From an uncultured Spirochaetaceae bacterium (GTDB lineage: Bacteria > Spirochaetota > Spirochaetia > Sphaerochaetales > Sphaerochaetaceae), in the NCBI GenBank assembly GCA_944389155.1, contig CALXLI010000004.1, forward strand, positions 758 to 64,757: a stretch of DNA of 64,000 nt, in the 5' to 3' direction. Below are positions 26,915-35,184 of this stretch, piece after piece. Both the position numbers and the translations under genes were made by a program. The notes under the pieces are model-generated. The model ran no database searches. It was not told where the DNA came from and worked only from the letters and a program-made list of their open reading frames with translations. The number at the start of each line of letters is the position of its first letter. The first letter of the stretch is position 1.

Positions 26915-28461
26915 GTCCCGACAATAAGTGAGAATGGCAGGGTGCGGACACATGGGAAAGCACTATCCGGATTGAGAGTGAAAGCGTCTGGAAGCGCAAC
27001 GGGCTTTGAAGCGAATATAGACAGGATGCGCATTCCTTCCTGCTCAAGCTCACGTGAACTGAGGCCAAATGCCCTGAAATGCTCTGCTATGAACCTAGCT
27101 ATCGGCGGCATAGTATAAAGGAATGACGGAAAGCGCCCCCACCACTCTGAAAGGGAACACATTGCTGAATAGCCCCTGGAAATCAGGGCAAGGGAATAAA
27201 CCTCTTCATAGAGAGCCATAACAGCAGCGCTCCTTACGCTCTCATGACGGCTTGAAATAAGGATCGACGATGCTGGAAGCACGGGAAAAGAGAAAACAGA
27301 GGCAATGGATGCTGCATACGAGCCCCTCAAATCAAAGAGCACGGGAGAACCATCTTCCATAAGCACAGCCTCTGTCGAATCCATGAGCGTATGAAAGGAA
27401 ATCTTGCCATCAGCCAGAACATGTATTGACTCTATGCACTCATCAATGCTAAGCGCCCCTTCCTTGGCCTTTATTGCGCTGAGTATCGCACCGGTATAAA
27501 GAACAGAAAGGCCCTCACTTCTTGCAGCATCTGCGATAGCCGCAACGCTTTCTGCATCAAAGAAGCCAAGATTGCTTCCAAGTGCCATGGACTCCTTCCA
27601 TGTCGGAAGCGGGGAATCATCCTGCCGTCTGCGGTTGCATGAGAAAAAGCAATCCTGGCAGGCCTCCCTGTACACTCCATATCGTTCATTATATGCCTTG
27701 CCATCAAGATAGTACGCACGAGGATCGTAGCGGAGAGTGTAGTCAGCAACAGGAAGGAATCCACACTCAAGGGCCTTATCGATGAATATGCCCCCTCCGT
27801 CACGCCTTATCCGCTTGGGCAATCTGCCTTTTTCCAAGCGTTCCCTCACACGTCTTTCCTCTTTTCCGCTGCCAAGGAAATCCTTCCGTGGAAATGATGG
27901 GAATGATATTCCCTTTATATTCTTGCCGGCAAGAAGCACTCCGAGTCCCTCGCCCTGTATTTCTCTTCCACCAGACTGCAGCTGTGAGAAAAGCACACCG
28001 TTCTCAGCTGCTCTTCCTATTGCCAGGAACACCTCATTCATGCCCTTCCGCACAGCACTCTCAAAAGCTGCTGCGCTAAGCCCGCTGTACTGCACGGCAA
28101 TCGTCCTCTCAGTCCCCTCGGATCCAACAGATAGATATGAAAGGGTCTTTGCCTTTCCGCAGATGACAAAGGCATCGTATCCCAAGGCCCGCAAGGACAG
28201 GCCAGGAGCATATGATGAGAATGAAAGCGCCATCCTGCCTGTTATAGGAGAGAGGTAGACTATTGAGAATACGGCAGAACAGGGGAAACGGATGCTTTCA
28301 GCGGAAGGTGATGTGATTACAATAGGGCTTTTATCCCTATACTTCCCAAAAAGCGAGACACCAAGCTCAATTCCCCTTTTATCCTGCTCTTCCTCTACTC
28401 TCTCGTATATGTCGTTATCAAGATCTGCAATAAGCGCTATCATGGAAAACAGTATAAACAA
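26773..28461 (-). CDS. Aldehyde:ferredoxin oxidoreductase (AOR) family protein, divergent
   Basis: The N-terminal AOR-N-like region (YDAFVICGKAKTLSYLSV...AIGRAAENGVLFSQL...GEGLGVLLAGKNIKGISF), the C-x2-C-x3-C motif (ACQDCFFSC) and a later Cys (SAMCSLSEWW) line up with my memory of the AOR 4Fe-4S ligands. The start could be 28443. The low-complexity C-tail overlaps the convergent gene. Confidence 0.65.
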   Translation of the reverse strand: MFILFSMIALIADLDNDIYERVEEEQDKRGIELGVSLFGKYRDKSPIVITSPSAESIRFPCSAVFSIVYLSPITGRMALSFSSYAPGLSLRALGYDAFVICGKAKTLSYLSVGSEGTERTIAVQYSGLSAAAFESAVRKGMNEVFLAIGRAAENGVLFSQLQSGGREIQGEGLGVLLAGKNIKGISFPSFPRKDFLGSGKEERRVRERLEKGRLPKRIRRDGGGIFIDKALECGFLPVADYTLRYDPRAYYLDGKAYNERYGVYREACQDCFFSCNRRRQDDSPLPTWKESMALGSNLGFFDAESVAAIADAARSEGLSVLYTGAILSAIKAKEGALSIDECIESIHVLADGKISFHTLMDSTEAVLMEDGSPVLFDLRGSYAASIASVFSFPVLPASSILISSRHESVRSAAVMALYEEVYSLALISRGYSAMCSLSEWWGRFPSFLYTMPPIARFIAEHFRAFGLSSRELEQEGMRILSIFASKPVALPDAFTLNPDSAFPCVRTLPFSLIVGTYEKEKGSLERKLKSRREKSARKLSSKSAAVGPDDERGRDGDPGLTT

Positions 28462-28861
28462 TCAAGCTTTGAGCTACAATGAAACCATGACAGATGAAGA
28501 ATGGAACAGCCTGTATATGCGTCTATCACGCTCCGCATTCCGATCGCGCTTCCATCTTTCTGGGAAAGATATGGAATACATACACAGCAAAGGAATCGGA
28601 AAGATAAGAGAACATGCCGAAGATTTCGTACGGAAACGTCTTGCCCCCTCTTTCATTCCCAATGATGGCAAGCAGACTCCGATGAAAGGCCATCCTGTAT
28701 TCATAGCACAGCATGCAACGGCCTGCTGCTGCCGTTCATGTCTTGGTAAATGGCACCACATACCGAAAGGCAGGGAACTCACAGAACGCGAAATCAACTA
28801 TGTGACTGATGTGATAATGAGATGGATTGATATGGAAATCCACAAAGACTCCATGCGCTGA
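28442..28861 (+). CDS. DUF4186 family protein
   Basis: Recalls DUF4186: RSRFHLSGKDMEYI...KRLAP...NDGKQTPMKGHPVFIAQHATACCCRSCLGKWH. The track ORF starts at 28292 inside the divergent gene; the ATGs at 28442 or 28487 are more plausible. Confidence 0.65.
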   Translation: MENSINNQALSYNETMTDEEWNSLYMRLSRSAFRSRFHLSGKDMEYIHSKGIGKIREHAEDFVRKRLAPSFIPNDGKQTPMKGHPVFIAQHATACCCRSCLGKWHHIPKGRELTEREINYVTDVIMRWIDMEIHKDSMR

Positions 28862-28898
28862 ATTTGCACAGTGCCGTGTGTGCTATTATCATAAAAGG

Positions 28899-30551
28899 AT
28901 GGATAGCATACGTATCAGAATAGATGGAAAGGAATACATCAGGGAGAAAGGCATCGAGGTTTCAACTTTTTTCTCTTCCTGCAGCAGGGAATACAAAGAT
29001 AATCCCATAGTGGCTGCAGCTGTCAACGGTGTGGCAGCCTCCCTTTCAGAAAAGCTTGAGGGAAATGCTGACATAGTCCCGATAAGGCTGTTCTCAAAGA
29101 ACGGCCTGAGAGCATACAGGAAGAGCCTATGCTTCCTTCTTTCATATGCTTCTGCCGAGATTGCACCTGAACGTACACTTATAATCGGCCATAGCCTAGG
29201 TGATGGCTACTATTTCAGATACAGGGATGGGAAAAAGCCCGATGCTGGAAAACTTGAAGCGATAATGAGGAAGGCCATAGCAGACGATCTTCCGTTTGAG
29301 ATCATCCAGCTCACAGCGGAAGAGGCGCTGGAATATTCAAACAAGCATATCCTTACGGAAACAGTGAAGCTTCTTGATACGATAAACGCCGCATCATATC
29401 GCTTTGCAAAGCTTGGAGAGTGCATGGAAGTGTATTACGAACCGCTTCTTCCATCAGCATCGTACCTGGCCATCTGGGAGCTGAGGCCTTATCAGGATGG
29501 ACTTCTGCTGCGGTATCCGCAGTCCAGGGATCCTCTATGCATCAAGCCTTTTTCCGATAATCCGCTTCTCTTCTCTGTATTCCAGGAAAACAAGAAATAC
29601 GCGAAGATCCTCTCAATTGAATCACTTGGGGATCTGAATGCGAAGATCGCAGCGGGGACGCTTCCTGAAACCATAAGGCTTTCTGAGACACTGCAAAGGA
29701 ACAGGATAGCAGAAGCTGCTGATGAGATAATGGCAAGGAAACAGATAAAGGCTGTGTTCATCGCAGGCCCATCATCTTCCGGCAAGACCACATTCTCCAT
29801 GAAGCTTACAGACGAGCTCATCTCGCATGGCTATGAGTGCATGAGGATATCGCTGGATGATTATTACCATGAGGGTGATAAGATCCCGATCGATGAGGAT
29901 GGGGAGAAAGATTATGAGGTTCTTGAATCCCTGAATCTCCCTCTCCTGAGAAAGCAGCTCAAGGCACTTCGGGATGGGAAGGAGGTACATCTTGCACGGC
30001 ACTCATTCAGGGACAAGAAAACAACCTTTGACGCTGAGCCTTCAAAGATGAATGAGCATACCATCCTCATAATCGAGGGAATACATGGCCTCAATCCATC
30101 GCTTTGCCCGGATTTTCCCCAAGAAGAGTGCTACAAGATATACATATCAGCACTGACAGAGGTGAATCTGGATACACGGTCGAGAATCAGCACAACAGAC
30201 AATAGGATACTGAGACGTATGGTTCGCGATAACAGGACACGTGGACTGGATGCCGTTGAGACGCTATCAAGATGGCCAAGCGTTGAAAGAGGAGAGAAGA
30301 ACAATATCTTTCCTTATCAGAACAATGCAGACATAATGATAAACAGCGCGCTTGAGTATGAGCTGGCTGTCCTTGCACCTCTCGCAATACCTCTTCTCAG
30401 ATCCGTGAAGAAAGAGACAAAGGAGGCATATACGCTAGCCAGGCGCCTATTGGACTTCCTGGAGCTTATCTACCCTGCTCCAAAGGATGATGTTCCGCCT
30501 GACTCCATACTCAGGGAATTCATAGGCGGATCCATCTATGGAGCGCATTAG
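28899..30551 (+). CDS. Uridine kinase-family nucleoside kinase fused to an N-terminal TGS / ThrRS-like region
   Basis: A beta-grasp-like start (MDSIRIRIDGKEY) and about 280 aa of ThrRS-N-like sequence. These are followed by the P-loop kinase core IAGPSSSGKTTF and uridine-kinase-like blocks (ILIIEGIHGLNP, RRMVRDNRTRG). Confidence 0.78.
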   Translation: MDSIRIRIDGKEYIREKGIEVSTFFSSCSREYKDNPIVAAAVNGVAASLSEKLEGNADIVPIRLFSKNGLRAYRKSLCFLLSYASAEIAPERTLIIGHSLGDGYYFRYRDGKKPDAGKLEAIMRKAIADDLPFEIIQLTAEEALEYSNKHILTETVKLLDTINAASYRFAKLGECMEVYYEPLLPSASYLAIWELRPYQDGLLLRYPQSRDPLCIKPFSDNPLLFSVFQENKKYAKILSIESLGDLNAKIAAGTLPETIRLSETLQRNRIAEAADEIMARKQIKAVFIAGPSSSGKTTFSMKLTDELISHGYECMRISLDDYYHEGDKIPIDEDGEKDYEVLESLNLPLLRKQLKALRDGKEVHLARHSFRDKKTTFDAEPSKMNEHTILIIEGIHGLNPSLCPDFPQEECYKIYISALTEVNLDTRSRISTTDNRILRRMVRDNRTRGLDAVETLSRWPSVERGEKNNIFPYQNNADIMINSALEYELAVLAPLAIPLLRSVKKETKEAYTLARRLLDFLELIYPAPKDDVPPDSILREFIGGSIYGAH

Positions 30552-30862
30552 TCTGCGCACTCGTAGAATGTCCTGGTATCAACAAGGATATCAGGATATA
30601 CGATTATCATTGACATCAGACGCAGAGCAGGACCTGAGGGCGCATTGGTTCCTGCTTCCCAAGCCTCAACAGTCTTCTCAGAGACAGCAAATAGCGAAGC
30701 GAACATGCTGCCTGAAAGCTTCAGGCGACGACGCAGGGACTTTATCTCTTCAGGAGAGAATTGCCTGGGCTCTGCGATCTTAAGGGATTTGTTCCTTTTC
30801 GTAAGGACACGCTTCTTTGGATACAGCGCGTCCTTTACCATATCGTTATAGGCGCTGATCAT
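30548..30862 (-). CDS. XRE-type helix-turn-helix protein, antitoxin-like (COG2944/MqsA-C-terminal-like), no partner toxin
   Basis: FSPEEIKSLRRRLKLSGSMFASLFAVSEKTVEAWEAGTNAPSGPALRLMSMI fits the HTH pattern of HigA2/YiaG-like antitoxins. Its start overlaps the nifU stop by 4 nt. Confidence 0.65.
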   Translation of the reverse strand: MISAYNDMVKDALYPKKRVLTKRNKSLKIAEPRQFSPEEIKSLRRRLKLSGSMFASLFAVSEKTVEAWEAGTNAPSGPALRLMSMIIVYPDILVDTRTFYECAD

Positions 30863-31467
30863 TTGCCGTATATATGCAGGAACTCGTTCAGCTCATCCAT
30901 TATCTTCGAACGGCACTTCCCGCAAGCTGTGCAGCATCCGGTTTCCTTCTGGAGCTCATCGAAGTTCTTCACCTTATCGTTCTTGACAAGTTCCTCGATC
31001 ATCTGATCCGTAACTCCCTTGCACTCACAGATTATCCTTGCAGTGCTGTTCTTGAGCGTATTCTCGATACCATTCTTCTCGAAATAATCATCAATGGCAG
31101 CACGAAGGGCCTTGTCTCCGAGCACTGAGCAATGGAATTTGTGCTCAGGGAGCCCGCCAAGAGCCTTTGTGATCATCTCCGGTGTTATATGGTATGCCTC
31201 CTCAAGTGTCATCCCAACTGCAATCTCGCTCATCATGGATGTCGATGCAATTGCTGATGCACAGCCATATGTAAGCCATCTGAGAGCCTTTATCCTGCCA
31301 TCCTCAACCTGTATGCCGACCCTCATCTGATCCCCACATGCAAGAGAACCTACCTCACCGACGCCATCTGGGGAGAAATCCTCGCCCTCCTTCCATAGAT
31401 TGTGTGGATTCATGAAATGATCCTTGACTGTATCCGTATATACCCAATCAGCCATGAAGCTTGCCAT
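30859..31467 (-). CDS. nifU: NifU-type Fe-S cluster scaffold (IscU-like domain plus BFD-like [2Fe-2S] domain)
   Basis: Motifs GSLACGD, YGCASAIASTS and HCS, then CECKGVT...CCTACGKC. Confidence 0.9.
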   Translation of the reverse strand: MASFMADWVYTDTVKDHFMNPHNLWKEGEDFSPDGVGEVGSLACGDQMRVGIQVEDGRIKALRWLTYGCASAIASTSMMSEIAVGMTLEEAYHITPEMITKALGGLPEHKFHCSVLGDKALRAAIDDYFEKNGIENTLKNSTARIICECKGVTDQMIEELVKNDKVKNFDELQKETGCCTACGKCRSKIMDELNEFLHIYGK

Positions 31468-31470
31468 ATA

Positions 31471-32652
31471 TCATACCTTCCTTGTGCTCATATTCCTTAT
31501 TCTCTCAATGATAGGAGGAAGCTTCTCGAGCACATAATCAACATCCTCCATTGTATTATAGCGACCGAACGAAAAACGCACAGAGCCATGGGCCAGCTCA
31601 ACAGGAAGGCCTGAAGCCAGAAGCACATAGCTAGGCTCAAGCGATCCGGTTGCACATGCAGAGCCTGTGGAAACCTCAATTCCCTCAAGATCAAGATAAA
31701 GAAGTATCGACTCCCCTTCCGCTCTTGGGAATGAGACATTCAAAGTGCCAGGCAAGCAAAGGGCTTCGTCATTTGAGCCGTTTATGACAACATCCGGAAT
31801 CCTTTCCTCTATGCCTTTCCTAAGGGCTTCACGCATGGCCCATAGCTTATCATGCTCTTCAGCGACACTTCCCCTGGCAATCTCTGCAGCCTTTCCAAGG
31901 CCGAATATCGCCTGGTTATTGTATGTTCCTGCTCTCATTCCACCCTCTTGATGTCCACCATGCATGAAAGGGGAAAGAGGAACGCCATGACGTGCATAAA
32001 GCACACCTATTCCTTTAGGACCGTAGAACTTATGCCCAGAGAGCGAGAGATAGTCAACATCGAGATCCTTCACGGATACCTCGATCTTTCCAATAGCCTG
32101 TGTTGCATCCGTATGAAAGAATGCGCCATGCTTATGAGCCAACGCTGCAGCTTCCTTCACAGGCTGGATCGTACCTGTCTCATTATTGCCAAGCATGACA
32201 GAAACAAGCGCAGTGTCAGGGCCTATCATAGCTTCAAGCTCATCAAGCTTCACCCTTCCGACTGAATCCACAGGGCAGAAATCTATCCTGTACCCCTTTG
32301 CCTTGAGATACTTCATCGTCTCGATTGTCGCAGGATGCTCAATCGTAGATGTGACTATGCGGTTTCGCTTATCTCCGCCATCTATCCTGTCACGGAAGAT
32401 CGAGAAGACCGTATTGTTGCTTTCAGTTGCGCCTGATGTGAATATTATTGAGTCCTTATCGCTATCGATAAGAGCAGCAACCTCTCCACGTGCCCAGTCA
32501 ATTCCGCTTGCCGCCTGACGACCAAGTGCATGCATGCTGGATGCATTTCCATAAAGCACATCATTTTCATGGATGAATGAGATTACCTCATCAGCCATCC
32601 GTGTTGTGCCGTTATTATCAAGGTAGACGTATCTATCCATATTAATCCTCAT
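31471..32652 (-). CDS. nifS: Cysteine desulfurase NifS
   Basis: PLP-Lys context SLSGHKFYGPKGIG and the catalytic-Cys loop STGSACATG. Confidence 0.93.
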   Translation of the reverse strand: MRINMDRYVYLDNNGTTRMADEVISFIHENDVLYGNASSMHALGRQAASGIDWARGEVAALIDSDKDSIIFTSGATESNNTVFSIFRDRIDGGDKRNRIVTSTIEHPATIETMKYLKAKGYRIDFCPVDSVGRVKLDELEAMIGPDTALVSVMLGNNETGTIQPVKEAAALAHKHGAFFHTDATQAIGKIEVSVKDLDVDYLSLSGHKFYGPKGIGVLYARHGVPLSPFMHGGHQEGGMRAGTYNNQAIFGLGKAAEIARGSVAEEHDKLWAMREALRKGIEERIPDVVINGSNDEALCLPGTLNVSFPRAEGESILLYLDLEGIEVSTGSACATGSLEPSYVLLASGLPVELAHGSVRFSFGRYNTMEDVDYVLEKLPPIIERIRNMSTRKV

Positions 32653-32676
32653 GTGTAAATTATTAGCTTTGCCTTA

Positions 32677-32976
32677 TCAGGTCAACTCCTCGCTTATTAC
32701 ACAGCCTCTGTCCTTCCTGATTCTTATATGGTGCCTTTTAGCCCATTTTATATATGCACACACAGGAGGGAGCCTATTGCCGAGCACTGCATCAAGGAAA
32801 GTTACCTTAGAGCATTCTGAACATACCTTGAACCTATCATGATATACAGTGCAGAGACCTGTGGAGGTATCAAGGAAAGAACAAGGAGAGGATTTATCGA
32901 CTACGACTTCTTCAGGATACGACACACGCTCATAGCAGCAAAGGGAGCAGCGTGCGCAGATATCCTCCCACTTCAT
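32677..32976 (-). CDS. YkgJ-family cysteine-cluster protein (putative Zn/Fe-chelating domain)
   Basis: 99 aa with CARCSLCC...C...C...CSEC spacing, typical of the CxxCxxCC family. Confidence 0.7.
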   Translation of the reverse strand: MKWEDICARCSLCCYERVSYPEEVVVDKSSPCSFLDTSTGLCTVYHDRFKVCSECSKVTFLDAVLGNRLPPVCAYIKWAKRHHIRIRKDRGCVISEELT

Positions 32977-33704
32977 AGGATAAATCCACCCATATCTGCA
33001 GTATGCGGCAGAACATCAACAAGCGTTATCGCAGCTTTGCCCGATGCACAGATCTCATAATCGGCCCTATACGCATCAAGGGAAGGAAAACGATGGAACT
33101 CGCAGCCGTTTATCTCAAGCTCCCTTACATTGCCCCTCTCTTCGACAACTGAGATATCGTCAAGATAGCGCACAAACCCTATCCCAGCTTTTTCCCATTC
33201 TCCATTGAAAGCTATGGGAACATTTATATTGAGGAATGTCATAGGCTTTATCGAAGCAGAAAGTGCATCAAGATTATCAAGGACAAAGCGCGCAGCTTTC
33301 TCGAATGTATCACGGCCGCATCCATCCTCAGCAGAGAGTGCAATCGCCTTCATGCCATAGAAAGAAGCCTGCCGTGCCGCAGCGCATGTACCTGAATATA
33401 CTATATCCGCAGAAAGATTATAGCCATGGTTTATCCCAGCTATGACAAGATCCGGCTCTGTCGGGAAAAGCGAGCACCGATGGCTGTATATGATACAGTC
33501 TGCCGGTGTACCTGAAACATGGAAATGACGCTCCCTGTATTCAGTTATGCGGACGCGTCCCCGTATCGTCATTGAATGGGACTTGCCGCTCTGCTCCTTA
33601 TCAGGAGCTGCAACTGTTACAGCATGCTTTTCGGAAAGCACCTCATCCAGCACATTTATGCCTAGTGCGCTGAAGCCATCATCATTAGAGAGAAGAATAT
33701 TCAT
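32973..33704 (-). CDS. surE: 5'/3'-nucleotidase SurE
   Basis: MNILLSNDDGFSALGI, GINHGYN and YSGTCAAA. The track ORF extends to 33740; the ATG at 33704 is preceded by GGGAGA. Confidence 0.9.
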   Translation of the reverse strand: MNILLSNDDGFSALGINVLDEVLSEKHAVTVAAPDKEQSGKSHSMTIRGRVRITEYRERHFHVSGTPADCIIYSHRCSLFPTEPDLVIAGINHGYNLSADIVYSGTCAAARQASFYGMKAIALSAEDGCGRDTFEKAARFVLDNLDALSASIKPMTFLNINVPIAFNGEWEKAGIGFVRYLDDISVVEERGNVRELEINGCEFHRFPSLDAYRADYEICASGKAAITLVDVLPHTADMGGFIL

Positions 33705-34863
33705 CTTCTGAAATCTCCCGAAGCCCACCAGATGGAACATACTCCCGCATTATAGGGTGGAAGCCGAATATACGCTCATACTCTTCAAGCTGTGCCCTAT
33801 ACTGATCGACCGCATCCTTTTCAATCAGCGCTACAAGCGTCCCTGATATCCCGACAGATATCTCCGTCACGCCTTTTACGCCAGATGCCTCTATGCCACG
33901 CTTTACAAGCCAATCCACCTCAGGGGAAGTAAGATCCGCAAGCTCTGAGATGTTCCTCTGCTCTGCCGTGAATATCTTTCCGAATGCTGTAGCATCCTTT
34001 GCATTGATTGCATCCAGTCCTTTGCAGGCAAAAGCAGAATCCTCTACGACAAAGCTTATGGTCCTCTTCAGATCTTCTGCAAGAGGAAGATGCAGATGCC
34101 TTATCCCTCGCTCGGTAAGTCCCTTCAGCTTCTCCCCAGCCCCAATGGCTTCCTTCGTCAGCTTCGCCGCCTTGATGCATTGCTCTCGGAAAATCTCAAC
34201 CTCAGATGAAAGCTCATCTTCCGGAAGGGCACAATCTATGAAGTACGACCCGATACCGCTTTCAGACACAAAAGGATACTCATATGAATGATAATCATAG
34301 CTTTCGAGATCAAAGAAGATTATCCTGCCGCTCTCTGCTGTGAAGAGTGTTATGAGATCACGCAGCCTTGATCCATATTTGGTTGTATATCTATTCGCTC
34401 CAAAGCTAAGCCTCATCATAGTGTTCGCGTCAAGTCCCAGCGAGTAAAGGGAATTGAGACCGAATATCATTCCAGAGACTATCGCTGCGGTTATGGACGG
34501 AGCATCCGCCACTGCGCTCTGCCCCTTGAATGTCATATCAAAACCTGAGATAGGAATCTCTGCAGAGAGAAGAACCTGGCATACCGCCTTGACAATAGAT
34601 GCCCATTTATCTTCCTTGCGTTCCTTCAAAGCGGAAAGCTGGAACTTCTTCCGCTCTCCCTTTGATGCGTTGAACACCTTTACTGTGTTATCTTCCCGTT
34701 TTGATAATGCCACGCGAAGGCCATGATCATTCGTACTCATCAGAGCATAGCCGCCGCAGTATTCGGAGAATGCACCTAACAGCGTAGTCACCTGCGGGAC
34801 TTCAACCAAGACCCCAGGCTGTACACCATACTCTCCCTGATGTGCTTTTGCCGTGCCGTCCAT
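33685..34863 (-). CDS. Galactokinase-like GHMP-superfamily protein with degenerate signature motifs
   Basis: 392 aa. The overall order resembles GalK, but the positions of the GalK signature and the GHMP P-loop read PQVTTLLGAFSEYCGG and ADAPSITAAIVSG. Confidence 0.6.
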   Translation of the reverse strand: MDGTAKAHQGEYGVQPGVLVEVPQVTTLLGAFSEYCGGYALMSTNDHGLRVALSKREDNTVKVFNASKGERKKFQLSALKERKEDKWASIVKAVCQVLLSAEIPISGFDMTFKGQSAVADAPSITAAIVSGMIFGLNSLYSLGLDANTMMRLSFGANRYTTKYGSRLRDLITLFTAESGRIIFFDLESYDYHSYEYPFVSESGIGSYFIDCALPEDELSSEVEIFREQCIKAAKLTKEAIGAGEKLKGLTERGIRHLHLPLAEDLKRTISFVVEDSAFACKGLDAINAKDATAFGKIFTAEQRNISELADLTSPEVDWLVKRGIEASGVKGVTEISVGISGTLVALIEKDAVDQYRAQLEEYERIFGFHPIMREYVPSGGLREISEDEYSSL

Positions 34864-34882
34864 TAATACACCCTTTAGCGTG

Positions 34883-34912
34883 ATTATAAAAAAATGAATG
34901 CAAGCGTTGCAA
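34883..34912 (-). promoter_or_regulatory. Sigma-70-type promoter for the GHMP-surE-ykgJ-nifS-nifU-HTH operon
   Basis: On the minus strand: TTGCAA (34912-34907), an 18-nt spacer, then a perfect TATAAT (34888-34883), about 20 nt upstream of the ATG at 34863. Confidence 0.55.
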
Positions 34913-35111
34913 GCATGAAAAAAAAGCGCATCAGATACAGATAGAGCAGACAGAATGGCACCTTTTCCCTCATTTCACATACACGCTGTATCATAATGAC
35001 CAAGATAGCATCACTCATTGTCCCGCATTGGGTAAAAATGTCATTTCTTCAAATTATCAACAAATGATTCATTTATAAGCAATTCCTTTATTTACAATAA
35101 ATTAAATAAGT

Positions 35112-35128
35112 TGGCATGCTTAATGCAT
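35112..35128 (+). promoter_or_regulatory. Candidate RpoN (sigma-54) -24/-12 promoter of hsp20
   Basis: TGGCATGCTTAATGCAT versus the consensus TGGCACG-N4-TTGCW gives 10 of 12 specified positions with exact GG-N10-GC spacing. It lies 57 nt upstream of the hsp20 ATG. I could find no acceptable -35/-10 pair nearby. Confidence 0.5.
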
Positions 35129-35138
35129 GTTTGTTTGT

Positions 35139-35152
35139 GTTCCAGTTGGAAC
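35139..35152 (+). promoter_or_regulatory. Inverted repeat GTTCCA-GT-TGGAAC at or just after the predicted hsp20 transcription start
   Basis: Perfect 6-bp arms read directly from the sequence. Either an operator or a small leader hairpin. Confidence 0.4.
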
Positions 35153-35184
35153 AGAAAAAACAGATTTATTAAGGAGGCCTTGAT

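Noticed and set aside
30548-30862. A possible type II toxin-antitoxin module.
   Set aside because: Only the antitoxin-like HTH is present, and the flanking ORFs are nifU and a nucleoside kinase. It is therefore not called as a TA system and is reported only as an orphan.
34956-34972. A second TGGCAC motif (AATGGCACCTTTTCCCTC) in the hsp20/GHMP intergenic region.
   Set aside because: There is no GC dinucleotide at the required +12 spacing, so it is not a sigma-54 promoter.
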